Shown here piece by piece: positions 34,786 to 44,705 of a stretch of DNA of 55,970 nt (within the stretch, counting starts at the first letter, position 1; each line of letters opens with the position of its first letter). Origin of the DNA: a virus (Duplodnaviria; Caudoviricetes); the IMG/VR virus record IMGVR_UViG_3300035125_000018, positions 1-55,970 of that record; one strand, given 5' to 3'. The notes beneath the pieces were generated by a model. The model was not told where the DNA came from. It saw nothing but the letters and a program-made list of their open reading frames with translations, and ran no database searches. The position numbers and the translations under genes were made by a program.

Positions 34786-36339
34786 CTACGCAGGATCGGT
34801 GCAATGGGCGCACCAGGCTCCTACGAGGCCACCGTCATAGGCGCACCATCCACCAGCCTGTGTCGCGGTGAAGGCCACCCTGTAGGTCGGCGCATTGGCA
34901 TCGCTGACAATGATCGCCGCGTCGGAGACATCGGTCGCTCCGGCTGTTCGAACGTCAATGGACTCGCCGGGACCGCAATCCAGCAAACCATCCAGCTCGA
35001 GATCGTACTCGGTAGCGTCGTCGTCGGGCACTTCGCTGTCCACCTTGGCGCAGGCTACGACCGTTTTCAGGTCGCAGTCGCCCTCGAGGCAGACGGTGAT
35101 CGGGAGCTGCGTGCAGCGACGGTGCAGGAACAGAACCGCGTCCGTGCTGTACTGCAGAGGTTCGGGAGCGATCCGGAACCGTGCGAAGAAGAAGCCCTTT
35201 TCCCGAAGGATGTTCTCGCAACGGTCCTGAATGTTGATCCAGTGGAACTCACCCATGTTGTCCGCGGGATCAAAGTCGTACGCGCCGGCCAACCGCGAGG
35301 GGTTGCTCGGAGGCACAAGGGCCTGGTAGACGTTCTTGAGGAACACCACAGAGATCTCGAAAGGCGCCATGATGTATTCCTCGGAGATGTTGACCGCCTC
35401 GCCGATCGTGGTCGGGGAGGTTTCGAACGGGAACACTCGCTCGAGCCGGGTTCCGTCCTCGCTCACCTTGAAGCGCGGCGTGCAGGCGTCATGAACGTGC
35501 GCCCACCCACGGTACGATTGCACCGTGCCGTACCCTTCGATCAGGAAGTTCTGATCCACGTACCGCATATCCGTGTTCGCGGTCGGATCGTTGCGGATGA
35601 TCTCGGTCGAGGTTTCGGGGCTGGTGATCAGCGCGAACTGCGGCATCCCGTTCCGCATCCCCATGGAGGCTTCGGCCGCCTGCCGGAAGAGATACTGGTA
35701 GATCCTGTCGAGGATCGGCTGCGTGAGCGTTCCGATTGCATCGAACCCGCCTGCCGGGACGGTGATGTAGCAATCGCCCAGGTTCATCGTGAACTCCTGC
35801 AGGCCGAGTCCGTCCGGGCTGTTGCTGACAAGGTACTTCGTGCAGAAGTCCATGTAGAACTCACGCTCGATCTGCTCCCACTCGCCGAGCGTGACATTGG
35901 CGAGCATCCCGTAGGTCAAGCGGAGCTGCTTCTCGAACTGCCACTTGAAGAGGAGATCGTTCAGGCAGATGTCGAGAGTCCTGCGCGTGGCCTGATACAG
36001 CGTGTAGGACTTTTCCTCGAACCCGTAGTTGATTACGGGCGACTCGTAACGGCACGCATCGTGCCCCGGATCGTCCTGACCGTTCGTGCCGGCCGGACGC
36101 GACGGTTCGACCACGGACCAGGATGCACCGCAATCCTGAATGGCCGTGCCGCCGTAGAAGGTCTGTGATTTCTTGACGTAGCCTTCGCCGTACTTGAACG
36201 TTCCGCGACCGACCTTCGAACGGTAAAGGGAAACGTACTTCTTGGTCTTGTCGGCAATGACCGGGTTGATGTACTGCACGGCGTCAATGAAAGCCTGATT
36301 GAGCACTTCCACATCGCAGGGGGAATCGGATCCAAACAT
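34786..36339 (-). CDS. Major capsid protein with C-terminal extra domain
   Basis: Follows portal and scaffold; own promoter, strong RBS and downstream hairpin; strongly biased codons. Confidence 0.8.
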   Translation of the reverse strand: MFGSDSPCDVEVLNQAFIDAVQYINPVIADKTKKYVSLYRSKVGRGTFKYGEGYVKKSQTFYGGTAIQDCGASWSVVEPSRPAGTNGQDDPGHDACRYESPVINYGFEEKSYTLYQATRRTLDICLNDLLFKWQFEKQLRLTYGMLANVTLGEWEQIEREFYMDFCTKYLVSNSPDGLGLQEFTMNLGDCYITVPAGGFDAIGTLTQPILDRIYQYLFRQAAEASMGMRNGMPQFALITSPETSTEIIRNDPTANTDMRYVDQNFLIEGYGTVQSYRGWAHVHDACTPRFKVSEDGTRLERVFPFETSPTTIGEAVNISEEYIMAPFEISVVFLKNVYQALVPPSNPSRLAGAYDFDPADNMGEFHWINIQDRCENILREKGFFFARFRIAPEPLQYSTDAVLFLHRRCTQLPITVCLEGDCDLKTVVACAKVDSEVPDDDATEYDLELDGLLDCGPGESIDVRTAGATDVSDAAIIVSDANAPTYRVAFTATQAGGWCAYDGGLVGAWCAHCTDPA

Positions 36340-36460
36340 GGTGTTACCTCCAAAGAAGTTTTCAACGAACTATTCCGCTGAGTGTAACGCTGGACTCAGC
36401 CCGCGCTTCTTTGGCCTGTAACACCGGCCGTGCGCTATCACATAACGCTGTGAGTGCGAT
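36340..36460 (-). promoter_or_regulatory. Structured 5' leader of the capsid mRNA (three hairpins with G(C/U)GUUA loops)
   Basis: Stems at 36438-36453, 36413-36429 and 36377-36400. Confidence 0.6.
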
Positions 36461-36473
36461 TCATGGTGAGAGA

Positions 36474-36503
36474 ACGATACCTCACTTAACCGAAAATCGT
36501 CAA
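36474..36503 (-). promoter_or_regulatory. Sigma70-type promoter for the capsid gene
   Basis: TTGACG-N18-TATCGT with an upstream A-tract. Confidence 0.65.
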
Positions 36504-36515
36504 GACTTTTTTTTC

Positions 36516-37754
36516 TCAGCCGTAGGCTTTGGTGCTTCCGGCCACGGCAGCCACGGCATCATCCACGCTCATGGATCCTGAAACCTGCTTCTTTGCAGGG
36601 GTTTGCGGAGCCTTCGCGTCCACCTTTGGGATCGCGATATTCCGGTCCTTGAGGACTTCCTCGAGATGGACCCGCTGTGCTCTTTCTGCGAAGAACATCT
36701 CTTTATACATCGGTACGAGGGCCGACGCTGCAAGCGCCTTTGCATGGACCGCAGGATCGTCCGTGGCGAACACAGCCTCGATCTTCTTGTTCAACGCCTC
36801 GACGGATTCATTCCACGCATCGTTACCTTCGACCTTCTGAAGCAGGATCTCTTCTTCGGCCAGAGAGGTAACTGCCTCTTCTCTTTTCTCGGCCTTGAGT
36901 TGATCAAAGGCGGCCTGCGACTGACTCACCGTTTCGGTGTTCATCTGTTGCAACACGGCTTCGTGCTGATTCAGTTCCGCATCCCGAGCGTTCTCGATCA
37001 TATCGAGCTGAGAGAACATCGGAATGAGAGTGGCGACTGCAGCCTGTTGAAGTTCCTCGGGGAGCTGACTGGCGAGAAAGTCTATCCGATCCTTCGCTCC
37101 GATCTGTGCCGCGAACGCGATAACTTCCTCTGCGTTCAAGTCCTCGACGTTGTAACTCTCGAGCGTAGACTTCAGGTTCTCCGTGATCGGATTCGTCTGT
37201 GCATCGTACTTCGCGACGAACCGGGGATCCGCTTCGAGATTCAGCTTTCCGATCGTGTCCAAGAGCTGAGTCTTTTCTTCCTGCCACTTCTTTGCGGCTT
37301 CAGTCTCATCCCCAGGAGCAGCTTCGAGTTTCTTTTCGAGCTCGGCTGCCTTGGCCTGCAGAGCCTCGTACTCTTTCGTGACACCGTTCAGCTTGTCACG
37401 CATCTTCGCGAAGTTCGGCCGGACCTTCTCATCGAGTTCTTCGAGCTTGACCGCGTTCGGATCGAAGTCGTCGTCGTCCTTCTTGTCGTCGGGCTTCTTC
37501 AAGAGCGTATCCGGAATCGGCGGCGGTCCCGGAGGCGGCTCGTCAGATTTCTTTGGAGGGGGCGCAGGCTCCTTCGCCGGCGGTGTCGGTTGCGGCTGAG
37601 GCTCGCCAGGTTTCGGCTCCGGAGGCGGCTCGCCTTTCGGACCCGGTTCCTGAATCATGTTGTCTGCCACCCCCTTGAGAGTGTTCTGTATATCCATCTT
37701 TGCGACGGGCGTCTGATCCTGTGGTGCTTGTGGTGCTGGTTCTCCTGCCATCAC
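36516..37754 (-). CDS. Capsid scaffolding protein
   Basis: Pro-rich acidic N-terminus, long coiled coil, located between portal and capsid. Confidence 0.7.
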   Translation of the reverse strand: MMAGEPAPQAPQDQTPVAKMDIQNTLKGVADNMIQEPGPKGEPPPEPKPGEPQPQPTPPAKEPAPPPKKSDEPPPGPPPIPDTLLKKPDDKKDDDDFDPNAVKLEELDEKVRPNFAKMRDKLNGVTKEYEALQAKAAELEKKLEAAPGDETEAAKKWQEEKTQLLDTIGKLNLEADPRFVAKYDAQTNPITENLKSTLESYNVEDLNAEEVIAFAAQIGAKDRIDFLASQLPEELQQAAVATLIPMFSQLDMIENARDAELNQHEAVLQQMNTETVSQSQAAFDQLKAEKREEAVTSLAEEEILLQKVEGNDAWNESVEALNKKIEAVFATDDPAVHAKALAASALVPMYKEMFFAERAQRVHLEEVLKDRNIAIPKVDAKAPQTPAKKQVSGSMSVDDAVAAVAGSTKAYG

Positions 37755-38059
37755 TTATCCTCCGCGTTCTTTTTGTTGGGAGCCTCCGGTTTCGCGCCGT
37801 AGGTTTCCCGTAGTTCTTCCATGGCGCTCGGATCGAGTCTACCCAAAGCCTGAAGGGCGTCGAGCAAGAGCCATGAACCGAAGTTTTGGCCAAGACAAAA
37901 CTCCGAGGTTGATTTGTTGAGCTTATCGGCATCGGGAACGGCTGGCCGACAGTACAACTCACGCAGTACACCAATACCGATCTGTACCGCATCAGACTGG
38001 ACTGCCTTCTGGTAGTCGGCTACCAACGACTCGTTCCCCAGGAACTCCTGTAGGGTCAT
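37751..38059 (-). CDS. Small head-module protein
   Basis: ~100-aa helical gene between portal and scaffold, as in many podophages. Confidence 0.6.
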   Translation of the reverse strand: MTLQEFLGNESLVADYQKAVQSDAVQIGIGVLRELYCRPAVPDADKLNKSTSEFCLGQNFGSWLLLDALQALGRLDPSAMEELRETYGAKPEAPNKKNAEDK

Positions 38060-38075
38060 TCGCGTTCTCCTACTG

Positions 38076-40430
38076 TTAACCGGTCGCGGCCTTAGCTGAC
38101 TTCAGGGCGATCTCGTTTTCCGCGAGTGCCTGCTTCAGCCGCATACCGTGAATTGCTTTGGCTTCTCGAACCTGCTGATTGTTCTGCTCCTTGAGGATCC
38201 GGAGCTGGAGATCCGCGTTGATCTTGGCAAGCTCGACTTGGAGCTTCTGATCTTCGGCCGCCTCCATGGCCTGCTGGACTGCACGCTGCTGTGCCTGAGC
38301 TTCGGCCTGCCGTTGCTGTGTGAGCTGCCTGACCTGACGCTCGACCGCAGAGTACAGCTTGACGAGCTGGTTGAACTGTTCCATGTACGAGTTGTACTCG
38401 TTCACGCGGGCCGGATCCTGAGCCATGAAGTCAAGGTGCATGGCAGAGTGATTCAGAGCCACGGTCAAGTACTGGTACAGCTGCTCGAGATCGCCACGGA
38501 AGGTTCCTTGGATATACGCATCGGCAATCTCCATCAACGGCCTCATGTGAACCAACAGGTGAATAACATGGGGCTGGTCAATTCCCACGATCGTAGGAGT
38601 GCCTTCCTGATGATCGTTGTTCTCAAGGCCGGCAAGCGTGTGCTCGGACGTCGGAACATCGTTCCGGTTCACAATGGGCTTGTACCGATCCACGCCGCGC
38701 TGACCTGCTCTGGCCCACACGTAGTCGCGCACGGCATTGTCCTTGCCGACTTCATCGAAGTACGGAGCGATGCTCAAGATCTCGGCCGAGATCAATCCCT
38801 TCATGACCGGGGATCCATAACCGATCGCGCGAGCTGCCGTGATCTTCAACTGGTCCGGCTTGAGAAGATCCTCGGGAACTCCACGATCAATACACCGTTT
38901 CCGAAAGGCTCTGGCTTCCTTTGCGCCGGGGTCTATATCGTTGACCGTATTCTTGTTCAACGCTCTCCTGAGAACTTCCTCGAAGAGAGAATCGAGCTGC
39001 GCGTAGTACATCGTGATATCGCCGCGCTCGAGTCGCGCCTCGTTCGTGATGCGATCGCGTTCCTCGCCAAGCGTCCGGGCCTGCGGAGTTTTCTCGGAGT
39101 CTATGACATCGGGAACCTGCAGCCCGACATTCCTGTTGATCCCTACATCGAGGACGTTCTTCAAACCGAGAAGCAGATTGATGTTCGCCTGATAGGATCC
39201 GTGGTTCATGATGTTGTAGCCGGAAGGCACAACGGAGAATGGGCCAACGCGAGTCAGACGGATCCGTTCCTTCTGAGCTTCGTTGGAAGGCTGCAGGAGA
39301 ATCGTGGCCGCGGCCATGCCGCCATCAATCATCGTGTTCATCATCCGATCGTTGAGAACACAAGCGGCAAACACTTTCGGCCCCAGGCCGCGAACGCTGT
39401 GATAGGTCCCTTCGCCGATATTCAGGAAGAACAGTCTCAAGGCATTCTTCCAATTCTCGTACCGATCAATCTTCTTGAACAGGAACTTCCGGGGATTGTC
39501 GTTCTTGTCCTTGTTGTACTCTTCATCCTCGGGAATGATGTAGTGCGTGATCTTCCCGTTGTACTCCTTCACGTAGACATGGGCGGCCTTGATCTTCTGC
39601 TGGATCGCATACGTGTAGTACAGATCGTTGTCCTTGATCCGCTGCTGAAGAGATTCCCATTCCCCGACTTGAAAGTTGTCCTTGATATCGGTCGAGTTGT
39701 TCACGGAGGCTATCAGAAGTTCGATGATCAGCTCCGTATCCCAACCGGCATCCTGAGACTTCTGCTTCGTTTCATCGTCCTTGACCTTCTCGAAGAGTTC
39801 GTGAACGCGGTAGTCCGTCCGAATAGCCATGAGATCGAGGTCGCCGATCGTAGACTTCGTTTCATCGGGAACAAGAAAGGATCCAACACGCGCCGCCTTA
39901 AATCGCCAGTCAACTTCATCTTCCCAATAGCAGTTTCCGATTCCCCAAACCACAAGCTGCTCTTGGTGCAGGAACATCGTATACAGGAAATCTTCCCAAT
40001 CACGGAGCATGGTCGTGAACTCTTCCGCGATGATCTTTCCGTAGTCCGGATTCTCGACGCCAAGGAGAGCCTGCCGTATCGCCTCGGAATACTTCGGGGT
40101 CTTGATGTCAACAAGGGTTTCGACTTCCATCACCAGCTCGTAGTAGCTGGACTTCCGCTTATCGCGGATCTGTTCGGCCTGCCTGAAATTCACGTTCGAT
40201 CGGGAAGCCTGGCCGAGCCTCTTCAGCTCGTTCTCGTCGTAGGGAGGGTTGCCATCAATCTGGCCTTGGATGATCGCCCGCTTTCGCGAACGCTGGTCGT
40301 CGCGCTTCACCATCCTGTTGAGGATGTCCCACGCGGCCTTCGGAGAGTTGATACGTGACTTCGGCGGCTTGCCTGTCTCGGAAAGGGGTTGGAGATCCGT
40401 ATCGGTCTTTTTCTCTTCAGCCATGTTCAC
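38076..40430 (-). CDS. Portal protein
   Basis: 784 aa, downstream of TerL; RTLGE motif; C-terminal Gln-rich coiled-coil barrel as in P22-like portals. Confidence 0.8.
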   Translation of the reverse strand: MNMAEEKKTDTDLQPLSETGKPPKSRINSPKAAWDILNRMVKRDDQRSRKRAIIQGQIDGNPPYDENELKRLGQASRSNVNFRQAEQIRDKRKSSYYELVMEVETLVDIKTPKYSEAIRQALLGVENPDYGKIIAEEFTTMLRDWEDFLYTMFLHQEQLVVWGIGNCYWEDEVDWRFKAARVGSFLVPDETKSTIGDLDLMAIRTDYRVHELFEKVKDDETKQKSQDAGWDTELIIELLIASVNNSTDIKDNFQVGEWESLQQRIKDNDLYYTYAIQQKIKAAHVYVKEYNGKITHYIIPEDEEYNKDKNDNPRKFLFKKIDRYENWKNALRLFFLNIGEGTYHSVRGLGPKVFAACVLNDRMMNTMIDGGMAAATILLQPSNEAQKERIRLTRVGPFSVVPSGYNIMNHGSYQANINLLLGLKNVLDVGINRNVGLQVPDVIDSEKTPQARTLGEERDRITNEARLERGDITMYYAQLDSLFEEVLRRALNKNTVNDIDPGAKEARAFRKRCIDRGVPEDLLKPDQLKITAARAIGYGSPVMKGLISAEILSIAPYFDEVGKDNAVRDYVWARAGQRGVDRYKPIVNRNDVPTSEHTLAGLENNDHQEGTPTIVGIDQPHVIHLLVHMRPLMEIADAYIQGTFRGDLEQLYQYLTVALNHSAMHLDFMAQDPARVNEYNSYMEQFNQLVKLYSAVERQVRQLTQQRQAEAQAQQRAVQQAMEAAEDQKLQVELAKINADLQLRILKEQNNQQVREAKAIHGMRLKQALAENEIALKSAKAATG

Positions 40431-40519
40431 TCTCCTGAGTTACAGAGGGGAGATCCCGAAGAAGAAGCGGGACCAGCAACAATCCCAGGAGTAGGATCTC
40501 CCCTCAAATTCAAACCGAC

Positions 40520-41062
40520 TCAGAAGGGATCTTCGGGAGTCGGCGCTTCAGTTTTCGTTTCAGTACCTTCCGGCTTCTTGTCAGCCTCAGCCGTGGCCGG
40601 GGGTGACGCTGGTTCCGGTGCTGTGCCACCTTCGCTCGGTGAACTCTCGCTCGATTCGGGCTGCGCGTTCTTCGGGGGACTCGCTGGAGCCTCTTGGGGC
40701 GGCGGCGCCTCCGATGTTCGGGGGGCTGAATCGGTCGGAGGCTGCGGGGTGTCTTGGCCGGACAATGCTTCCTTGCCGCCGGCTACCGGCAGCTCCGACG
40801 GCTTGACTTCTTTTGGGAGTGGCTTCTTGGGATCCAGACCTTCGAGAGTGCGCTTGAACATACTCTCGACAATGGGATTGACCTTCTTACCGGCCAGCTC
40901 CGCCACAGCATCCGCCCTTGTGGCTCCCTGGCCCCACGCGCTTGAGGTCCATTCCTTTCCGTCCTTTACGAACGTTAGCCGTGCGATAACTCGGACCACG
41001 GCTCCGTCCGCCTTTTCCATGAGCTGTATTCTTACGCTCGCTTCTACCGTTGGTAGATCCAT
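40520..41062 (-). CDS. Hypothetical protein with Pro/Glu/Ser-rich disordered tail ending EDPF
   Basis: AAAGGA RBS; small beta domain plus long low-complexity tail. Confidence 0.65.
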   Translation of the reverse strand: MDLPTVEASVRIQLMEKADGAVVRVIARLTFVKDGKEWTSSAWGQGATRADAVAELAGKKVNPIVESMFKRTLEGLDPKKPLPKEVKPSELPVAGGKEALSGQDTPQPPTDSAPRTSEAPPPQEAPASPPKNAQPESSESSPSEGGTAPEPASPPATAEADKKPEGTETKTEAPTPEDPF

Positions 41063-41690
41063 GTTCGCGTCCTTTCTTCACTATTTTCAGTTTCCAACAA
41101 TGCTCAGGATATCCGGAAGCCTTCTTCGTAGTCTCGATGATGGTCTGCTCATCTATGAACACATGAATCTGATTCAGTACCCCGCAGATACCACAGGCCA
41201 TCAGCTTATCATCGTGTGCAGTCCTCCTTCCACGTTTGAGATTTTCGATAATGCTCCGAACACCCCGGCAAGACATACAGCCAGCGAAAGGAAGGTTCTT
41301 GGAGCAGTCCCTACAGACTGCAGCTCTGGCATTGGCAACTCTCGTTTTAACGTTTGAACGGGAGGCACGCTGCATGATCCGATGAATAAGCATGGTCGCT
41401 CGGACTGCTGACTCAGCCGTTTTGTGAGCAGCGCCATACCGTACCGTTCGTCCTCGCGAGTCTTTGCAGATCCCCGCCGGCATTTTTCCGCAGAGCCAAT
41501 CTTCAATACGCTCGGGAAGATCATCAGGGATGGGGAGCTTATTCGAGGTCCGGTGGACTGTGACCTTCTTGACAAGGCGTGCCATATCCGGTGCAGAAAA
41601 CTTCTGGTTCGTGTCCGAGTCAACGTACCTAAACCCCCCTGGCGGCGTCACATTCTTTCTGGCCAGCTTTAACATGGCGGTTTGTATCAC
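40887..41690 (-). CDS. Cys-rich metal-binding protein downstream of TerL
   Basis: PPGGFRY N-terminus; CRDC, CMSC, CGIC, HCW. Confidence 0.65.
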   Translation of the reverse strand: MIQTAMLKLARKNVTPPGGFRYVDSDTNQKFSAPDMARLVKKVTVHRTSNKLPIPDDLPERIEDWLCGKMPAGICKDSRGRTVRYGAAHKTAESAVRATMLIHRIMQRASRSNVKTRVANARAAVCRDCSKNLPFAGCMSCRGVRSIIENLKRGRRTAHDDKLMACGICGVLNQIHVFIDEQTIIETTKKASGYPEHCWKLKIVKKGREHGSTNGRSERKNTAHGKGGRSRGPSYRTANVRKGRKGMDLKRVGPGSHKGGCCGGAGR

Positions 41691-43429
41691 CCCCCGAATC
41701 CATCGGTCAAGTACAAATTGTCCCGGCCATCCAGATCATACTCGATTGCCTCGAGATCTTTCTCTCGATTTTCCTGTGGTCGAATCGTGGCGCCGGGGTG
41801 TATTCCCATGCGTTCTCGGGCAAAAGCCGTGACACAGGCCGTGGCATCCGACAGGTCCGGAGACTGGCCTGTTCGGGTTTTCATGATCTTCTTCGGCTCA
41901 ATCCAAATCCAGCGGAGATCCTTGTCCATGAGCTGCCGAAGGCAAAACTCCTTGGCCGTTTCGAGATCCAATCCGCGGATCTGATCGAAGCGAGAAAACT
42001 CCGAGAAGTTCATCCAGAGCTCGGAGACTCGATTCTTGTAGACATCCTTCGCCGGCCGGGGATCCTCGAGCGATGCGGGAAGATCCGTCGCGTTCCCAAC
42101 GAAGTCAACGCGGAGAATTCCCTTGCCCCATTCTTTCTCGAGAACATCCACAAGCATCCCCTGGACTCCTGTTGTATCCACGGCAAGATTCTCGGGCGTG
42201 ATCTCGAGCTGCACACAATGTCGCTTCACCTGTTCCGTGATGTAGTACGTCATGGGCTGGCCGGTAGAGAGCTTCAGGTTGATAACGATTGGAGGCAGAA
42301 GCGCGATACCGAGAACTCCCCAAGTGAACATTCCGATCGCGGCCGGCCGCAACACGCACCGATCGCCACCGGAAGAGTACGCGGGATCCAGACCGCCAAC
42401 CATCGTATAGTCCGACACCCATTCCGGATTGTCCATACAGTGATACTTCGAGATCGCGCTCTCAGTAAGAACAGTCTGCGTGAGTCCTTCAGGCGGGACA
42501 AAGCCTCGACGCTGTGACCAGAACGCAGGAGAATCCTCGCCGCGCCTCTTGGCAAGATCATCAATCTGTTTCTGATTCAACAGGAAGTACAGCCGCTTCG
42601 GTTCCTTGATCGCGGGAGACTTGAGGCCATCGAAGAAGTGTGTCTTGCCGAACTTGGTTTCCCATGACTCGGTAACATCGGCAGAGACAGAATCCCATCC
42701 GTTGACCGGCTCGCTGTACTGGCCGAGAAGATCCAGTCGGCTCTCAGGGTTTCCCATGCCGAGGAACTTGAACTCTTCCCCGGTGGAAAGGTTGTCGGTC
42801 GCGTCCATGACTACAGGAAGCGTGGCCTGCATCTCGTCCACGACCAGCCGATTGAATCGGTTGTGAATCCCGATCAGGTTCCCGAGTGCTTGTTTGGCCG
42901 TACCCTTTTGGATCGCGATTCCGAAGATCCCGTTCTTGGAGTTTTCGTCGCCGAACAGGATTGCGTTCTTGCTCCGGTAGTACGTGCCGGGGAGCTGGTC
43001 CTTGTAGAGTCCGTGGTAGCGAATGATCTCCCCGAAGATACGCTTCTCCAACATATCCTTCGTGGTAGAACAGACTATGGTTGTAGTCTCGCTGGCAGCA
43101 GAAAGCCAGTCGGCCAGGATAATCAATCCAGCATCGGTTGACTTGCCGGAGGATGAAGGCCCCCACCACGTTTGCCAATCCTCGTCGCCTTCGTGAAACT
43201 CCGAGCTCGTCCATGCCTTTACTCTCCGATCGGACCACTTGTGCCAGAAGTATCCGCGTGAGCCCGAGGACATCTTCTCGGGCCAGAGCATTTGGATGGC
43301 GTTCTTGAGATGCTGAAACTTGCCGAGGCCCCCGCGCTCGGGAGTAAGGTTGTTCCGGTAACACCACAGCTCGATCGAGACTTCATTGATGTGATCCGGA
43401 AAGTCGAGGCCATATCTCTTCGTGACCAT
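41687..43429 (-). CDS. terL: Terminase large subunit
   Basis: Walker A GPSSSGKS, Walker B LVVDE, coupling GNP, RNase H-like GLDPA..GGD and SPDLSDA; start taken at the TGATG overlap. Confidence 0.92.
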   Translation of the reverse strand: MVTKRYGLDFPDHINEVSIELWCYRNNLTPERGGLGKFQHLKNAIQMLWPEKMSSGSRGYFWHKWSDRRVKAWTSSEFHEGDEDWQTWWGPSSSGKSTDAGLIILADWLSAASETTTIVCSTTKDMLEKRIFGEIIRYHGLYKDQLPGTYYRSKNAILFGDENSKNGIFGIAIQKGTAKQALGNLIGIHNRFNRLVVDEMQATLPVVMDATDNLSTGEEFKFLGMGNPESRLDLLGQYSEPVNGWDSVSADVTESWETKFGKTHFFDGLKSPAIKEPKRLYFLLNQKQIDDLAKRRGEDSPAFWSQRRGFVPPEGLTQTVLTESAISKYHCMDNPEWVSDYTMVGGLDPAYSSGGDRCVLRPAAIGMFTWGVLGIALLPPIVINLKLSTGQPMTYYITEQVKRHCVQLEITPENLAVDTTGVQGMLVDVLEKEWGKGILRVDFVGNATDLPASLEDPRPAKDVYKNRVSELWMNFSEFSRFDQIRGLDLETAKEFCLRQLMDKDLRWIWIEPKKIMKTRTGQSPDLSDATACVTAFARERMGIHPGATIRPQENREKDLEAIEYDLDGRDNLYLTDGFGG

Positions 43430-43782
43430 CAGCTCTGCATATTTTCCCACCACTCGAGCAGATCGTCACGACTCTTGCCTTCGAAGGAGCTCTCGATTAC
43501 CTTGACCCGTTCTTCCGTTTCGCGCTCACCCTGCTTGGCAACAGTCAGGATCGTTTCTGTGAACGGGTAGTCATACTCTTGATGAGCCTCAAGATTCTTT
43601 CGATTCTGGCGTAGTACCTTCGCAAGATCTGAATGGTGTTTGCTGAGTTCATCTTCGGCTTCGGCCAGGTGTCCCAACGCGAAGTAGTAGTGCTCGGGAT
43701 ATCCGCGCATTGACTCGAGCATGAGCACTCGGGCCTGAGCGATGTGCTTGCAGGCACAGAGTACGCACGACTCACGATCCAT
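43429..43782 (-). CDS. Hypothetical protein with CxxCxxKH motif
   Basis: SCVLCACKH...GHLAEAEDE; coupled to TerL. Confidence 0.65.
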   Translation of the reverse strand: MDRESCVLCACKHIAQARVLMLESMRGYPEHYYFALGHLAEAEDELSKHHSDLAKVLRQNRKNLEAHQEYDYPFTETILTVAKQGERETEERVKVIESSFEGKSRDDLLEWWENMQS

Positions 43783-44395
43783 CTTCGAGGATTCCCTTCT
43801 CCTTCAGCATGGCCGTGCAGAGCTGGCACTCGACAAGAGAGTTCATCTTGACTTCGGCCACCTTGACTTGGGCCGTAGTCCACTCGAGAACGTGACCACA
43901 CTCGGCATACAGGTAGTACTTGTCCTCTTCGGGATGGCTCTGCATCTTCTTGACTGCTCGCCGGCCGTCGAGCCGCATGGTTTCCAGCGGCGGCCGCGTG
44001 ATGTGAGGAACACCTTTCGCGAAAGCCATGATCTCCTGAAACTCCATACAGTTGACGAGCTGGCCAGCCTCGCACTCGAACCCGTACTCCCTGAGCTTCA
44101 CACAGGCTTCGAGAATCAGTTGTTGGAGCTTCTTGCGTTCCTCGACCATGCTGACGAGATACTTCTCGGCCTTGATGGCCCGATCGCGCCAGTTGACCGG
44201 AGCATCCTTCCGCTTGCGGAGCTGACCGGTCTTGGGATCCCGAATGTACTCTTGGTCGCCGATCTTCTCCATCGCGCCCTGCTGGAGATCTTGGATCGGC
44301 ATACCGTCAAGTACCTGGGCGAGTCCTTCGAGTCTCTGCTTGAAAGCAGGATCGTCGGCGTCAGGATTGGTATGGATGTTAAGACTGTCGTCCAT
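43772..44395 (-). CDS. Hypothetical protein with C-terminal Zn-ribbon-like motif
   Basis: ECGH...CQLC; AAAGGA RBS. Confidence 0.6.
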   Translation of the reverse strand: MDDSLNIHTNPDADDPAFKQRLEGLAQVLDGMPIQDLQQGAMEKIGDQEYIRDPKTGQLRKRKDAPVNWRDRAIKAEKYLVSMVEERKKLQQLILEACVKLREYGFECEAGQLVNCMEFQEIMAFAKGVPHITRPPLETMRLDGRRAVKKMQSHPEEDKYYLYAECGHVLEWTTAQVKVAEVKMNSLVECQLCTAMLKEKGILEDGS

Positions 44396-44419
44396 CGTCG
44401 CGTTCCTTTCGATGTTCGA

Positions 44420-44689
44420 TCAGCCTTTTTTCTTCTTGCTCTTCTTGACCTCGACGGGAGGTTTCTGGAGCTTGAAGTTCATCAGCTTCCGGGCATCGGC
44501 AGCCACCTTCTCGACGCCGGCAACGAGTCCCTTTGGGAGCTCGACTGCGCTCGAGAGTTCCAGCTCGGTAACGAGCTTCTTCATCTGGACTGCCGAGGCG
44601 TAGGCATTGATCGCGTCTTGGGTAGACACGGACACTACCTTCTCGGGGCGCTGGATTTCCGGAGGGACTTTCGACTTCTTCTTCGCCAT
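44420..44689 (-). CDS. Hypothetical basic protein
   Basis: AGGAGG RBS before MAKKKSK. Confidence 0.6.
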   Translation of the reverse strand: MAKKKSKVPPEIQRPEKVVSVSTQDAINAYASAVQMKKLVTELELSSAVELPKGLVAGVEKVAADARKLMNFKLQKPPVEVKKSKKKKG

Positions 44690-44705
44690 TATGGCCTCCT
44701 TGGGG

